NCBI GenBank assembly: GCA_965199955.1
Contig: CBDATQ010000002.1
Coordinates: 576,001 to 640,000, forward strand
Direction: 5' to 3'
Length of the DNA: 64,000 nucleotides
DNA from: Spirochaetia bacterium
Lineage (GTDB): Bacteria > Spirochaetota > Spirochaetia > SZUA-6 > Bin103
Shown: in pieces, positions 17,576 to 32,250 of the stretch
Numbering within the stretch: the first letter of the stretch is position 1
How the letters are laid out: each line of letters opens with the position of its first letter
The notes under the pieces: model-generated
The model's database searches: none
The model's input: only the letters and a program-made list of their open reading frames with translations
Told to the model about the DNA's origin: nothing
Position numbers and translations under genes: made by a program

Positions 17576-20058
17576 CCGGCCCGACACCCCCGGACGAGGG
17601 TCCGGCAGGCGGCCAGGCGCGGGCCGTGGAGCTGCTCGGCCTGCCGGGCGTGCTGGCGCAGGTCGCCGAGTACTGTGCGGGAGAGGAAGGACGGCGCCAG
17701 GTGCTCGCCAGCCGTGTCTTTGACGACCCGCAGTCGGTGCTGGCCGAACGGGAGCCTGCGGTGGAGCTGCGGCGCCTGCTGGAGTCTGGCTTCCGCGTGC
17801 CCGAGATGGACCTGCCGGAGATCGGCGTGTCGCTCGGCCGCCTGCGGCGCGGGGCGCAGTGGCTCGATCCGGCGGAGTTGGCGGCCGTCGGACGGCTTGC
17901 GGGCACGGCGGAGTCGATCCGCGGGTCACTCGCCGAGGTCGCCGATCCCGTCGAACGCCCCGCGCTGTACGGCCTGCACGCCGAGCTGCCGGGGCTGCGA
18001 TCGCTGGCTGCCGAGGTGCGGCGGGTGGTGGGCGCTGACGGGACGGTGCAGGACCACGCCATCCCGGAGCTGGCGCGGGTGAAGCGCGACCTGCGGCGGC
18101 TGCAGATGCAGATCGAGACGGCGGCCGGGGAGCTGATGGCCGATCCCGCCCTGCGCGGTTGCTTCAACGGCAGCGTGCCGACCCAGCGCGGCGGTCGGAC
18201 CGTGGTGCCGCTGAAAGCGACTCACCGCGCCCGCGTCCCCGGCGTCGTGCACGAGGTGTCGGCAAGCGGCGCCACGCTCTACGTCGAGCCGCTCCGCGAC
18301 GTGGAGGCCAACAACGCCGTGGTGGCGGCCCGCGACCGGTACGCGGCCGAGGTGCGCCGCGTCCTCCATGAGCTGACCGGCGCCGTGGCGCGGGAGCGGC
18401 CGTCCCTGGAGCGAGCTGCCGCGGTCACGGCGTGCTTCGACTGCGTGCAGGCACGGGCGCGCTACGCGCGGGCGCACGCGGCCGTCGCCGCACCGGTCGG
18501 GCCGCTGGCATTGCACGGAGCTCGCCATCCCGAGCTTGGCGCGGCCGCGGTGCCGCTGGACGTGAGCATGCCGCCCGAGGCGCACATCCTGGTCATCACG
18601 GGGCCCAACACGGGCGGCAAGACGGTCTGCCTGAAGACGGTGGGGCTGCTCTGCCTGATGAACCAGGCGGGCATGGAGATCCCGGCCGGTCCGGACTCGA
18701 CCCTGCCGATCTACCGCGGCATCTACGCCGACATCGGCGACGAGCAGTCGATCGCCGCCTCCCTGTCCACCTTTTCCGCGCACGTCAAGCATCTGGCCGC
18801 CATCGTCCGGGACGCCACCGCGCGTTCGCTGGTGCTGATCGACGAGCTGGGCACCGGCACCGACCCGGAGGAAGGGATTGCCCTGTCGCGGGCGCTGCTC
18901 GACCGGTTCCTGGCCGCGGGAGTGACGGCCATGGCCACGACCCATCACGGGGCGCTGAAGGTGTACGCCTATACCGAGTGCGGCGTCGCCAACGCCTCGA
19001 TGGAGTTCGACTCGCGCACGCTGCGGCCGACCTACCGGGTCATCGAGGGTATGCCGGGCGAGAGCCACGCGCTGGACATCGCCCGCCGTCACCGGATGCC
19101 GGGTGCCGTGATCGAGCGCGCCGCAAAGCTGCTGGACGCCGGGCGTACCGAGGAGGGCCGGATCATCAACGCGCTGACGCGCCGGCAGCGGGAGCAGGAG
19201 CGGGAGGAGCGCGAGCTGCGCGAGCGCACGGCCGCGCTTGCCCGGCGGGAGGCCGAGCTGGAAGCGGACCGGGCGGCGCTCACGCAGCGCGAGCGCGAGC
19301 AGCACCGGCGGGCGGCCGGCGATCTGGGCCGCTTTCTGGCCGAGGCGCGCCGCGACGTGGAGCGCGCCATCCGATCGGTGCGCGCGACCGCCCAGGCGGA
19401 GGGCGGAGGGGCGGTCGGCTCGGAGGCGGTCGGCTCGGAGGCGGGCGCCTCGGAGGCGCGCGGCGAGCGCTCACGCCTCGCGGCAGCGGCGGCTGACGCG
19501 GCTGCCCGCGCCGCACCGCGGGCGGTCGAGCAGCGCCTGCAGGCGGAACGGGATGCGCTGGCGGCGCTGGACGCCGCCGACGGTGCCGCGGCGGACGGTG
19601 CTCCGCTGGCGCCCGGCAGCAGCGTGCTCATCCGTCGTACCGGTGCCGCCGGCCGGGTGGTGCGCCGGCACCGGCCGGACCGGTATCCCGACCGCTACGT
19701 GGTGCAGACCGACACCATCCGCGGTGAGTTCCGCGCTGCCGAGCTGGTCGTGACCGATCCGCACCCTTATCGCCGTGCGAGCGCCCGCGTCGAGCTGGTG
19801 AACCGGGCGGAGCCGGTGCTGGAGCTGCACGTCCGCGGCCTGCGCGCGGAGGACGCCCTGCAGCAGGTCGAGCGCCAGCTCGACTCCGCGGTCATGCGGG
19901 GCATGGCGGAGTTCTCGGTCGTGCACGGCCACGGCCAGGGCGTGCTGCGCCACGCGATCCGTGAGTATCTGCGCGACAGCTCCGCGGTCAGCGACTATCA
20001 GGATGCCCCGGCCGACGAGGGTGGACATGGCAAGACGATCGTCCGGCTCCGTCGCTGA
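17572..20058 (+). CDS. mutS2: Endonuclease MutS2 (Smr domain)
   Basis: SASGATLYVEP, TGPNTGGKT, DIGDEQSI...LSTFS, DELGTGTDP, C-terminal Smr (VVHGHGQGVLR). Confidence 0.96.
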   Translation: MTGPTPPDEGPAGGQARAVELLGLPGVLAQVAEYCAGEEGRRQVLASRVFDDPQSVLAEREPAVELRRLLESGFRVPEMDLPEIGVSLGRLRRGAQWLDPAELAAVGRLAGTAESIRGSLAEVADPVERPALYGLHAELPGLRSLAAEVRRVVGADGTVQDHAIPELARVKRDLRRLQMQIETAAGELMADPALRGCFNGSVPTQRGGRTVVPLKATHRARVPGVVHEVSASGATLYVEPLRDVEANNAVVAARDRYAAEVRRVLHELTGAVARERPSLERAAAVTACFDCVQARARYARAHAAVAAPVGPLALHGARHPELGAAAVPLDVSMPPEAHILVITGPNTGGKTVCLKTVGLLCLMNQAGMEIPAGPDSTLPIYRGIYADIGDEQSIAASLSTFSAHVKHLAAIVRDATARSLVLIDELGTGTDPEEGIALSRALLDRFLAAGVTAMATTHHGALKVYAYTECGVANASMEFDSRTLRPTYRVIEGMPGESHALDIARRHRMPGAVIERAAKLLDAGRTEEGRIINALTRRQREQEREERELRERTAALARREAELEADRAALTQREREQHRRAAGDLGRFLAEARRDVERAIRSVRATAQAEGGGAVGSEAVGSEAGASEARGERSRLAAAAADAAARAAPRAVEQRLQAERDALAALDAADGAAADGAPLAPGSSVLIRRTGAAGRVVRRHRPDRYPDRYVVQTDTIRGEFRAAELVVTDPHPYRRASARVELVNRAEPVLELHVRGLRAEDALQQVERQLDSAVMRGMAEFSVVHGHGQGVLRHAIREYLRDSSAVSDYQDAPADEGGHGKTIVRLRR

Positions 20059-22927
20059 CGGCACCAACGCCGACGGGACGGCCGGCACGGACGGCGCGCG
20101 CAGGGGAACCGACCGCATCGTCATCCGTGGCGCCCGCGAGCACAACCTGAAGGGGGTCGACCTGGACCTGCCGCGCAACCGGCTGATCGTCGTGTCGGGG
20201 CCAAGCGGCTCGGGCAAGTCGTCACTCGCGTTCGACACCGTGTTCGCCGAAGGGCAGCGGCGCTACGTCGAGTCCCTGTCGGCGTACGCGCGGCAGTTCC
20301 TGGGACGGCTGGACAAGCCGGACGTCGATTTCATCGACGGCCTTTCGCCGGCGATCTCGATCGAGCAACGCACGGCGCAACGCAATCCACGGTCCACGGT
20401 CGGCACCGTGACCGAGATCTACGACTACCTGCGGCTCCTGTTCGCCCGCACCGGCCGCCCGCACTGCGCGGAGTGCGGAGCGGCCATCAGCGAGCGGTCG
20501 ACCGACCAGATCGTCGACGCCATCGCTTCCCTGCCCGCAGGTTCGCGGATCATTCTCCTGGCGCCCGTGGTGCGCGGCCGCAAGGGACAGCACCGTGCCG
20601 TGTTCGAGGACGCGGTCAAGGCGGGATTCGTGCGGGTGCGCGTGGACGGCCGCATCCACTCCCTCGACGATGCACCGGAGCTGGACCGGAACACGGCGCA
20701 CACGATCGAGATCGTGGTCGACCGTCTGATCGGCCGGCCGGACCTGCACCAGCGAGTGGCCGGCTCGGTGGAAACGGCGCTTGAGGTAGGCTCCGGGCGG
20801 ATGATCGTGCTGCTCGACGGCGACGGCGACGGCGTACCGGTCGAGCAGCGATTCTCGCAGACCAGCTCGTGCGCGGATTGTGGCGCGCCGTTCCCGGAGC
20901 TCGAGCCCCGGCTGTTCTCGTTCAACAACCCGCACGGCGCCTGCCCCGACTGCTCCGGGCTGGGCGTCAGCCTCGAATTCGACCGCGACCTGATCGTTCC
21001 CGACCCCGGCAAGTCCTTCGACGAGGGCGGCATCGCCACGCACAACCCCCGTGCCAAGTGGACCCGGTCCCTGTTCCGGGCGCTCGCCCGGCACTGGGGC
21101 TTCCGGCTCGATACCCCGCTGGACGAGTTGCCGCCCGTCGTCCTCGACGCCTTGCTGTTCGGGGCCGGCGACCGCATCCAGGTCGAGCACCGAACCGCCA
21201 CCAAGGCCAGCTACCGTTACGCGACCACCTATCGGGGCGTGATTCCGGAGCTCAAGCGCCGCTACCTGCAGACCGCGTCCGATCACGTCAAACGTTGGCT
21301 GGAGGGCTTCATGCGCGAGCAGCCCTGCCATGGGTGCGGGGGCCGGCGGCTGCGCCGGGAAGCGCTGGCCGTGGAAGTGGCCGGCCACAGCATCGACCAG
21401 GTCACCGCCATGTCCGTGGAGGCAGCGATGGCGTACGTCCGCCGCGTGGCCGAGGAGAGCGGCGGCGACTGGGCCCGAGTGGCGGGGCAGATCGTCAAGG
21501 AGATCGGCGACCGCCTGGAGTTCATGGCGAGCGTCGGGCTTTCGTACCTGAGCCTGGACCGCCGTGCGTCCACGCTGTCCGGCGGGGAGGCGCAGCGCAT
21601 TCGCCTGGCCACGCAGATTGGCTCGGCGCTCGTCGGAGTGCTCTACGTGCTGGACGAGCCGACCATCGGCCTGCACCAGCGGGACAATGACCGCCTGCTG
21701 CGCACGCTGTTCCGCCTTCGCGATCGCGGCAACACCCTGCTGGTGGTGGAACACGACGAGCAGACGCTGCGCAGCGCCGACTATCTGGTCGATCTCGGCC
21801 CCGGCGCCGGCGAATACGGCGGCCGGGTGGTGGCGTGCGGGGTGCCGCGCGCGGTGCAGGAGCACGACCGGTCCGTGACCGGACGCTACCTCGCGGGGCG
21901 GGAGGCGATTTCCACGCCGTCGCAACGACGGCGGCCGACAGGCGGCCTGACCCTGCGCGGCGCAGCCGCCAACAACCTGCGCGACCTGGACGTACGGCTG
22001 CCGCTGGGAACGCTGACCGTGGTGACCGGCGTCTCCGGGTCGGGCAAGTCGACGCTGGTGTCCGACCTGCTGGGGCCCGCACTGCGGGCGGCCCTGGACG
22101 ACCGGCGGCTGCCACCGGGACTCGCTGGCGTCGAAGGCTGCGAGCACATCGACAAGGTCATCGAGATCGACCAGGCGCCGATCGGCCGTACGCCGCGGTC
22201 CAATCCGGCCACGTACGTCGGGCTCTTCACGCCGATCCGGGAACTGTTCGCCGCCCTGCCGGAAGCGCGTGCACTCGGCTACCGGCCGGGCCGGTTCTCC
22301 TTCAACGTCGCCGGCGGCCGCTGCGAGAACTGCGCCGGCGACGGCCAGATCAAGATCGAGATGCACTTTCTTCCCGACGTGTTCGTGACCTGCGACGTCT
22401 GCGGAGGGCGCCGGTACAACCGCGAGACCCTGGCGATCCGCTACAAGGGGCGGAACATCGACGAGGTGCTGCGGATGTCGGTCACCGAGGCGGCCGAGTT
22501 CTTCACGCACGTCCCGCAGGTGGCGCGCCGGCTCGGCACGCTGCAGGACGTGGGCCTGGGGTACCTGCGGCTCGGCCAGTCGGCGCTGACCCTGTCCGGG
22601 GGCGAGGCGCAGCGCGTGAAGCTGTCCCTGGAGCTCTCGCGGCGGGACACCGGCCGCACCGTGTATCTCCTCGACGAGCCGACCACCGGGCTCCACTTCG
22701 TCGACGTGCGCCAGCTCCTGTCCGTCTTGCAGCGGCTGGTCGACAAGGGCAATACCGTCGTGGTCATCGAGCATCACCTTGACGTGATCAAGCAGGCCGA
22801 CCACGTGATCGACCTCGGCCCGGAAGGAGGCAGTGACGGCGGTGGCCTGGTTGCGACGGGGACTCCGGAGGACGTGGCCGGACACGAAGCCAGCCACACC
22901 GGCCGCTACCTGCGGGAGGTGCTGTGA
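20027..22927 (+). CDS. uvrA: Excinuclease ABC subunit A
   Basis: GAREHNLK, two Walker A motifs, LSGGEAQR twice, Zn fingers; start 20027 inferred from RBS. Confidence 0.98.
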   Translation: MARRSSGSVADGTNADGTAGTDGARRGTDRIVIRGAREHNLKGVDLDLPRNRLIVVSGPSGSGKSSLAFDTVFAEGQRRYVESLSAYARQFLGRLDKPDVDFIDGLSPAISIEQRTAQRNPRSTVGTVTEIYDYLRLLFARTGRPHCAECGAAISERSTDQIVDAIASLPAGSRIILLAPVVRGRKGQHRAVFEDAVKAGFVRVRVDGRIHSLDDAPELDRNTAHTIEIVVDRLIGRPDLHQRVAGSVETALEVGSGRMIVLLDGDGDGVPVEQRFSQTSSCADCGAPFPELEPRLFSFNNPHGACPDCSGLGVSLEFDRDLIVPDPGKSFDEGGIATHNPRAKWTRSLFRALARHWGFRLDTPLDELPPVVLDALLFGAGDRIQVEHRTATKASYRYATTYRGVIPELKRRYLQTASDHVKRWLEGFMREQPCHGCGGRRLRREALAVEVAGHSIDQVTAMSVEAAMAYVRRVAEESGGDWARVAGQIVKEIGDRLEFMASVGLSYLSLDRRASTLSGGEAQRIRLATQIGSALVGVLYVLDEPTIGLHQRDNDRLLRTLFRLRDRGNTLLVVEHDEQTLRSADYLVDLGPGAGEYGGRVVACGVPRAVQEHDRSVTGRYLAGREAISTPSQRRRPTGGLTLRGAAANNLRDLDVRLPLGTLTVVTGVSGSGKSTLVSDLLGPALRAALDDRRLPPGLAGVEGCEHIDKVIEIDQAPIGRTPRSNPATYVGLFTPIRELFAALPEARALGYRPGRFSFNVAGGRCENCAGDGQIKIEMHFLPDVFVTCDVCGGRRYNRETLAIRYKGRNIDEVLRMSVTEAAEFFTHVPQVARRLGTLQDVGLGYLRLGQSALTLSGGEAQRVKLSLELSRRDTGRTVYLLDEPTTGLHFVDVRQLLSVLQRLVDKGNTVVVIEHHLDVIKQADHVIDLGPEGGSDGGGLVATGTPEDVAGHEASHTGRYLREVL

Positions 22928-25900
22928 ACGTTCGCCGCACGCTGGCCGTCCTGCTGGCAGTGGCTGCGGCGGCGGCGGTCGCCCAGAGCCCGCCGCCAAC
23001 CAGCGACGATCCGCTGTTCGCCGAGACCCTGCCGATCGACATCGACACGGCCCGCGCCGCGGAGCTTGCCGCGTGGCTGCGTCAGCTCGGTCTGCCGGAC
23101 GGCGGTGACCGGGCCGCCCGGCAGCAGCGGCTGCGCGAGCACTACGGGCTGCCGAGCCCGGAAGAAGCGTCCGTGGAGGAAACGGGCAGCGAGATCTCGG
23201 TGGAGTCGGCGCGCGCCGCCCGCTACCGTTCCGACGAGCTCGGCCACACGACGCTGGTGCTGGAGGGCGAGGTCGTCGTCACCGCCGTGGACCGGGACAC
23301 CGGTGCGCGTCATCGGATCCAGGCCGACCGGATCACGTACCACGACGAGCGCAACAGTCTCACCGCATCGGGTTCCGTGGAGTACACGATGACGACCGAC
23401 GACGGCTCGGAGGTGTTCCGCGGGGAGAGCCTGTCCGTCGATACCGAGCGATGGGAGGGGATCTTCTACGACGGATCGAACCAGGTCGATCAAACCGTGG
23501 CGGAGCAGGCGGCCGATCAGGACGTGACCTTCACCTATTCCGGGAAGGCGATCACGCGGCGGGCCGACGATACGGTGGTGATGGAGCAGGCGACCGTCAC
23601 CTCGTCCGACGATCCCGACGACCCCGATTACCGGATCGAAGCGGAGCGGCTGTGGATCCTGGCGCCCGAGGAGTGGGCGGTCAGCAACGGGTTCCTGCAC
23701 GTAGGCGAGGTGCCGGTGCTGTATCTGCCGTACTTTCTCCGCCCGGGAGGCAGGCTGTTGTTTCACCCGGCGGTCGGGCAGCGCAGCCGCGAGGGCCTCT
23801 ACCTGCAGACGACCACCTACCTGACCGGGCGCAAACCGGCCGATGACGTCTCGGTGTCGTTTCTGCAGCGCAACGCGGGCGAGACCGGCTACGCCGACGA
23901 GCGCCGCGGCCTGTTCCTGCTGCCGATCCGCGCGGCAGCGGATGCGGCGGACGCCGACGTGCTGGCGCTGATGGTCGACCTCTACAGCCGCCTCGGCATC
24001 TTTGGCGGGGTGCAGGGGCGATTCGGCGGGCTGTCGCTGTTCGGAGGCGTCGCCGCGTCCCGCGCGCTGGTCGCGGACGCTCGTTCGGGTGTCGGCCACA
24101 CGCCGTACCTGCGCGGAGCGGACGGCGAGCTGGTCTCGCACTGGGACACCACCACGATCCTGGGAGCCCGAGTTCCGTTGCGCTACGGGCTCGAGACGGA
24201 AGTCACGCTCCGCGGCACGCTCGGATCGGTGCAGGGCAGCTTCGAGCTGTTTTCCGATCCGGGCTTCACCGCGGACTTCCTGAGCCGGGCTCACGACCTG
24301 CCGACCGGGGGACTGCTGGGCCTGCCGCAGGGTCCGTTGATCCCCCCGCCCCCGCGCGACCGGCTGGAGTGGCGGCTCGGAGGCGACCTGTCTCTGCATC
24401 CGCTGCTCGCGACCCCGGCGTTGCGGACGCTGACGTTTCCCACGCTCTCGGCAAGCTGGCTCTGGGGCAGCCGCACCGAGCCGCCGTCGGCCGGAGTGCC
24501 ATCGGCGCTGGACCGACTGCAGGCAGCGTCGCCTACCCGCCGTTTCTACTATCCCGAGACGCTCACGCTGCCGGCGGTCGCGGCGGTCGCCTCCGGGTCG
24601 CTGTTCCGCTGGGCAGCCGATGGTGGCTTGCTCGCCGCCGAGGTCGGCTACTCGCTGCGGCCGGTCGTGTCCGTCGATCACCGCTTCGATGACGGGCCGG
24701 TCGCCACGCGCGATCAGGTCGATCTGGACATCCTCCACACGCGCGTCGATACGCGCGCCAACGGACAGATCAGCTACACCGTCTCTGCACTCGACCGCAT
24801 CGTCGGACTGAGCGGCGCGCTCGTCGAGACGGCCAGCTACCAGGTGCACGCCCGACAGGCGGACGGCATCGATCCGGAACTCGCAGAGCAGTTGACCCAG
24901 TCGGACCTGAGCCGGACCAGCGCACGGTTGCGGCTGAACAACACGCTCAGCCTGCGGCCGCTGCGGTCCGTGCCAGCGTGGTCGGGATCAAGCCTCTCGT
25001 ACGGACTGGGTCTGCTGCTGCACGATGTGCACCTGGATCCAGACACCGGCGATCCACTGGTGCGGGGCCCGGCGTGGGATCGGGAGAGGGTCCTTGCTCA
25101 CCGAGCCGGGGCAGACGCGGCGTTCGCGGTCACCGGCATCCGCGCCCGCGTGGGCGCAGGAGTCGACCTGCCGCCACGCCCGCTGGCCGCCGACGGCCGC
25201 GTGGAAGCGGATGCCGGGGCGTTCTCCATGGCGGTGCGCGGGGGCGTTGCCGAGCAGGCGGACGGAGCCGACGCCGGGCAGCTCAAGCCGACCCCGATAG
25301 ATGGACGGGGGAGCGTGCGCATCAACTCGAGCGCGTCGGTGAGCCAGTCGTTCCGGCTCGATGAGCAACAGCGCCTGGAGCGCCTCCGGACCCAGGCGAA
25401 TGCCTACGGGGTGACCGGTACGGTGACCGCGGCGGTACGTGAGCCGCTCGATCCCTTCGGCGATCCCCTTCCCGACGGCCAGCCGGGCCTGCGGGCGACG
25501 CAAGTGGCGGTCGGATACCGGCTGGACACGGGGACGATCGCGTTCTGGAAGAACCGGATACGGCTGGATGCCGGCGTGCAGACGCAGCTCGCCGTCGACC
25601 CGGAGGCGTTCGTGCGCGACAACTCGCTCTCGTTCGATCTGCGGCTGGGCGTCCGGATTCACCGGTTCCTCGACCTCTCCTTCAGGTCGAGCTCGGTCAA
25701 TCGTCACCTGTACCGGTACCTGCCCGACACGGCCGAACAGGCCGGCGACCGGTGGGTCAACCCGATCGTGGATCTGGCGCGGTCGTTCAACTTCCTGAAT
25801 TCCGAAGACCGGATCGCCTCGGCGTTCAAGCTGGAGTCGCTGCGCATCGAGGCGCTGCACCGGTTGGGCGACTGGAACCTGTCGCTGGCCTACCAGGGCA

Positions 25901-26061
25901 GGCCGGAACAGCACGTGGAGTACAACCCCGAGACCGACCGGGAAGAGCCGCGCATCGTCTGGACGCCGGCCCTCTCGGTGGAAGTCCGATGGCTGCCGGT
26001 CCCGGAGCTGTACTCGGTCTTCCGCATCGATCGCCAGGGTCTCGACATCGAGGATCGCTGA
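22924..26061 (+). CDS. lptD: LptD-like outer membrane assembly protein (spirochaete-type, 1045 aa)
   Basis: Signal peptide; OstA-like N-domain (YRIEAERLWILAPEEW...VGEVPVLYLPY, FHPAVG); beta-strand-rich C-terminus. Confidence 0.75.
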   Translation: MNVRRTLAVLLAVAAAAAVAQSPPPTSDDPLFAETLPIDIDTARAAELAAWLRQLGLPDGGDRAARQQRLREHYGLPSPEEASVEETGSEISVESARAARYRSDELGHTTLVLEGEVVVTAVDRDTGARHRIQADRITYHDERNSLTASGSVEYTMTTDDGSEVFRGESLSVDTERWEGIFYDGSNQVDQTVAEQAADQDVTFTYSGKAITRRADDTVVMEQATVTSSDDPDDPDYRIEAERLWILAPEEWAVSNGFLHVGEVPVLYLPYFLRPGGRLLFHPAVGQRSREGLYLQTTTYLTGRKPADDVSVSFLQRNAGETGYADERRGLFLLPIRAAADAADADVLALMVDLYSRLGIFGGVQGRFGGLSLFGGVAASRALVADARSGVGHTPYLRGADGELVSHWDTTTILGARVPLRYGLETEVTLRGTLGSVQGSFELFSDPGFTADFLSRAHDLPTGGLLGLPQGPLIPPPPRDRLEWRLGGDLSLHPLLATPALRTLTFPTLSASWLWGSRTEPPSAGVPSALDRLQAASPTRRFYYPETLTLPAVAAVASGSLFRWAADGGLLAAEVGYSLRPVVSVDHRFDDGPVATRDQVDLDILHTRVDTRANGQISYTVSALDRIVGLSGALVETASYQVHARQADGIDPELAEQLTQSDLSRTSARLRLNNTLSLRPLRSVPAWSGSSLSYGLGLLLHDVHLDPDTGDPLVRGPAWDRERVLAHRAGADAAFAVTGIRARVGAGVDLPPRPLAADGRVEADAGAFSMAVRGGVAEQADGADAGQLKPTPIDGRGSVRINSSASVSQSFRLDEQQRLERLRTQANAYGVTGTVTAAVREPLDPFGDPLPDGQPGLRATQVAVGYRLDTGTIAFWKNRIRLDAGVQTQLAVDPEAFVRDNSLSFDLRLGVRIHRFLDLSFRSSSVNRHLYRYLPDTAEQAGDRWVNPIVDLARSFNFLNSEDRIASAFKLESLRIEALHRLGDWNLSLAYQGRPEQHVEYNPETDREEPRIVWTPALSVEVRWLPVPELYSVFRIDRQGLDIEDR

Positions 26062-26085
26062 GACTACGATCGCGGCCGTCGCGAT

Positions 26086-27054
<969 letters not shown>

Positions 27055-27067
27055 TGCCAGCGTCCTG

Positions 27068-27628
27068 ATGATGGAAGATCCCGAGCAACCTCCGAGTACC
27101 GGCCCGCCGGCCACCCTTGGCAGCGCCCGCGACCCGCGCGCCCTGCCCGTTGAGCCCGGGCCCGTTGAGTCCGGGCGCGTGGAGCTCGGCGTGGCCGCCC
27201 AGGTGCGCGCTCCCGCCGGCGGCGACCGGGCAGCGCTGGTTCGTTTCGCCGAGGGCGCGCTGGACGCGCTCGGCCGAAGCTCGGCCGAGCTGTCGGTCCT
27301 GTTGTGCGACGACCGGTTCATGCGCGACCTGAATCTGCGCTTCCGCGGAATCGACGCGCCGACCGATGTGCTGTCCTTCGAACAGGACTTGACCGTCGGC
27401 TGCGGCTCGATACTCGGCGACGTGGTGATCTCGCTCGACACCGCCCGACGGCAGGCGCGGCGCCGCAACCTTTCCGAGGCGACCGAGATTCGCGAGTTGC
27501 TGTTGCACGGCATCCTGCACCTGCTGGGTCGGGACCACGGTGACGGCGACATCGCGGACGAGCCGATGCTGCAGGAGCAGCGTCGGCTCCTGGAGTCTCT
27601 GCCATGGGCATCCTGCGCCGTCTCATGA
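27068..27628 (+). CDS. ybeY: rRNA maturation endoribonuclease YbeY
   Basis: LNLRFRGIDAPTDVLSF, LGDVVIS, HGILHLLGRDH; start uncertain. Confidence 0.93.
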   Translation: MMEDPEQPPSTGPPATLGSARDPRALPVEPGPVESGRVELGVAAQVRAPAGGDRAALVRFAEGALDALGRSSAELSVLLCDDRFMRDLNLRFRGIDAPTDVLSFEQDLTVGCGSILGDVVISLDTARRQARRRNLSEATEIRELLLHGILHLLGRDHGDGDIADEPMLQEQRRLLESLPWASCAVS

Positions 27629-28454
27629 GCATCCTGGACCGGCTTCTCCGCAAGCCGTCGGACGAGGAGCGCAGGCTCGACGATCTCGGCCCGCACGCGC
27701 GGGAGATGATCGACGGCGTGGTGCAGCTCTCCTCGACGACCGTCAAGGACATCATGGTGCCGCGACCGGACGTGGTGTTCGTGTCCGTCGATGCCACGCC
27801 GGAGGAGCTGATGGAAACGATCACGGAGAGCGGCCACTCCCGGCTGCCGGTGTACCACAAGACCGTCGACGACGTGATCGGCGTGCTGTACGCGAAGGAC
27901 CTGCTGGGCCAGATCGTCGGCAACGGCCGGAATGACGACGGCACGGCCGTGAACGACGACAGGGTCGTGAATGCCGGCAAGGCGATGCGCAAGCCCTATT
28001 TCGTGCCGGAAAGCAAGCGCGTCGACGAGTTGCTGCACGAGTTCCAGCGTCGCAGGGTGCATCTTGCGATCGTCACGGACGAGTACGGCGGAACCTCCGG
28101 AATCGCCTGCATGGAGGACGTGCTGGAGGAGATCGTCGGTGACATACAGGACGAGTTCGACAATGAGAGCGAGGAGGTACTCAAGCTGGGGGCCGGGGTC
28201 TACCTGTGCGACGCGCGGGTGAGCCTGGACGAGCTCGAAGACCACGGCCTGGCGCTGGAGTTGCCGGTCGACGAGTTCAATACGCTCGGCGGGTTCGTCT
28301 TCGACCTGTTCGGGAAGATCCCCGTGATCTACGAAACCAAGCGGTACGGCGAGGCCGATTTCGTGATCCAGGGGATGGACGGGCGCCGCATCACGCGGGT
28401 GAAGATCGTCCTGCGCAGCGACTCGGAGGACGAATCGCAGCAGGATCGCTCCGC

Positions 28455-28458
<4 letters not shown>
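27604..28458 (+). CDS. CBS/CorC-HlyC domain protein (TlyC/CorC-like)
   Basis: [40 protein letters not shown]. Confidence 0.92.
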
Positions 28459-29685
<1,227 letters not shown>

Positions 29686-29693
<8 letters not shown>

Positions 29694-30474
29694 CTCCGGC
29701 CGGTCCGCCCACGGCGAACGCGGCGTGCTGATCACCGGCAACTGGAAGATGAACCTGCTGCGCGCATCCGCGCGGGAGCTGGCGGCCGCGGTGGTGCGGG
29801 AACTCGACACCGGCGGGCGCGTCCCGGCCGGCGTGCGCGTCGCGGTGGCGCCGCCGTACACGGCGCTCGACGTGGTACGCGACGCGATACGCGGATCGGG
29901 CGTGCTGCTGGCCGCACAGGACGTGGCGGCCACCGCCGAAGGGGCTTACACCGGCGAAGTGGCGGCGGCGATGCTGGCCGACGCCGGTGTGGGGCTGGTC
30001 ATCGTCGGCCACTCGGAGCGTCGGCACGGCCTGGGCGACACCGACGACGTGGTGCTGGAGAAGGTTCGGCGCGCCTGGGAGGCGGGCCTGGAGGTCACCG
30101 TGTGCGTGGGCGAGACTTCAGACGAGCGCGACGCCGGGCGCGCGGAGGAGATCGTCGCGCGGCAGGTGCGTGCGGTCGTCTCGCAGGTGGACCTCGGCCG
30201 GGCGTCGCTGCAGGTGGCCTACGAGCCGGTCTGGGCGATCGGCACCGGCCGCACCGCCACCCCGGAGGATGCGCGCGCCATGCATGCCCACATTCGCGCG
30301 ACGGTGGCGGCGGCAGCCGGTGCGGAGGCCGCTGCAGGGCTGATCATTCAGTACGGCGGCTCGGTGAAACCGGACAACGCCGCGGCGCTGCTTGCGCAGG
30401 AGGATGTCGACGGCCTGCTGGTTGGTGGCGCGTCGTTGGAGGCGGCTTCGTTCGCGGCGGTCGTGCCCTTATAA
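29686..30474 (+). CDS. tpiA: Triosephosphate isomerase
   Basis: [43 protein letters not shown]. Confidence 0.98.
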
Positions 30475-30484
30475 TGGATGCGCA

Positions 30485-30957
30485 ATGGCGCTCGCCGGAA
30501 TAATCATACTGGTCGTTTTCATCATTACCGCGGTTCTGCTGGTCCTGATCGTTCTCATCCAGGACGACCAGGGCGGCGGCATCGGCGGCATGTTCGGCGG
30601 CGGGGAGAGTTCCTCGCCGTTCGGTTCCCGGACCGGAAACGTGCTGACGAAGTTCACGTCGATACTGGGGGCCGTGTTCCTGGTCGCCGCCTTCGCGCTG
30701 GCGTGGCTGAACCGCACGCCCGACCAGGGGGCCTTTCTGGAACGGGCGCAGCAGACACTGCAGGAGGAGGAGGGCCAGTGGTGGGTGCGGCCGGCTCAGG
30801 CTCCCGCCGTGACCGATGCTCCGCAGACCGAAGGGACCGGCGACGCTTCCGGGCAGGAGGCCGCCGCCGAGGGTGAAGGTGCGGGCGGGACCGTCGGGCA
30901 GGCGGACGCCGCCGACGCGGGCGCAGGCGGCACCGGCAGCGGGGGTGCAGCGGGCCA

Positions 30958-30961
<4 letters not shown>
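30485..30961 (+). CDS. secG: Preprotein translocase subunit SecG with acidic low-complexity tail
   Basis: Two TM helices, LIQDDQGGGIGGMFGGG...FGSRTGNVLTKFT; follows tpiA. Confidence 0.93.
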
Positions 30962-32224
<1,263 letters not shown>

Positions 32225-32250
32225 CGATGCCCCGGTTGGATTCGTAGGCG

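Noticed and set aside
20222..22999. 925-aa antisense ORF over uvrA, and similar long shadow ORFs (737-2728, 33010-35421, 54847-57885)
   Set aside because: Expected mirror-frame artefact of high GC3 codon usage; no protein motifs, and the opposite strand holds conserved genes
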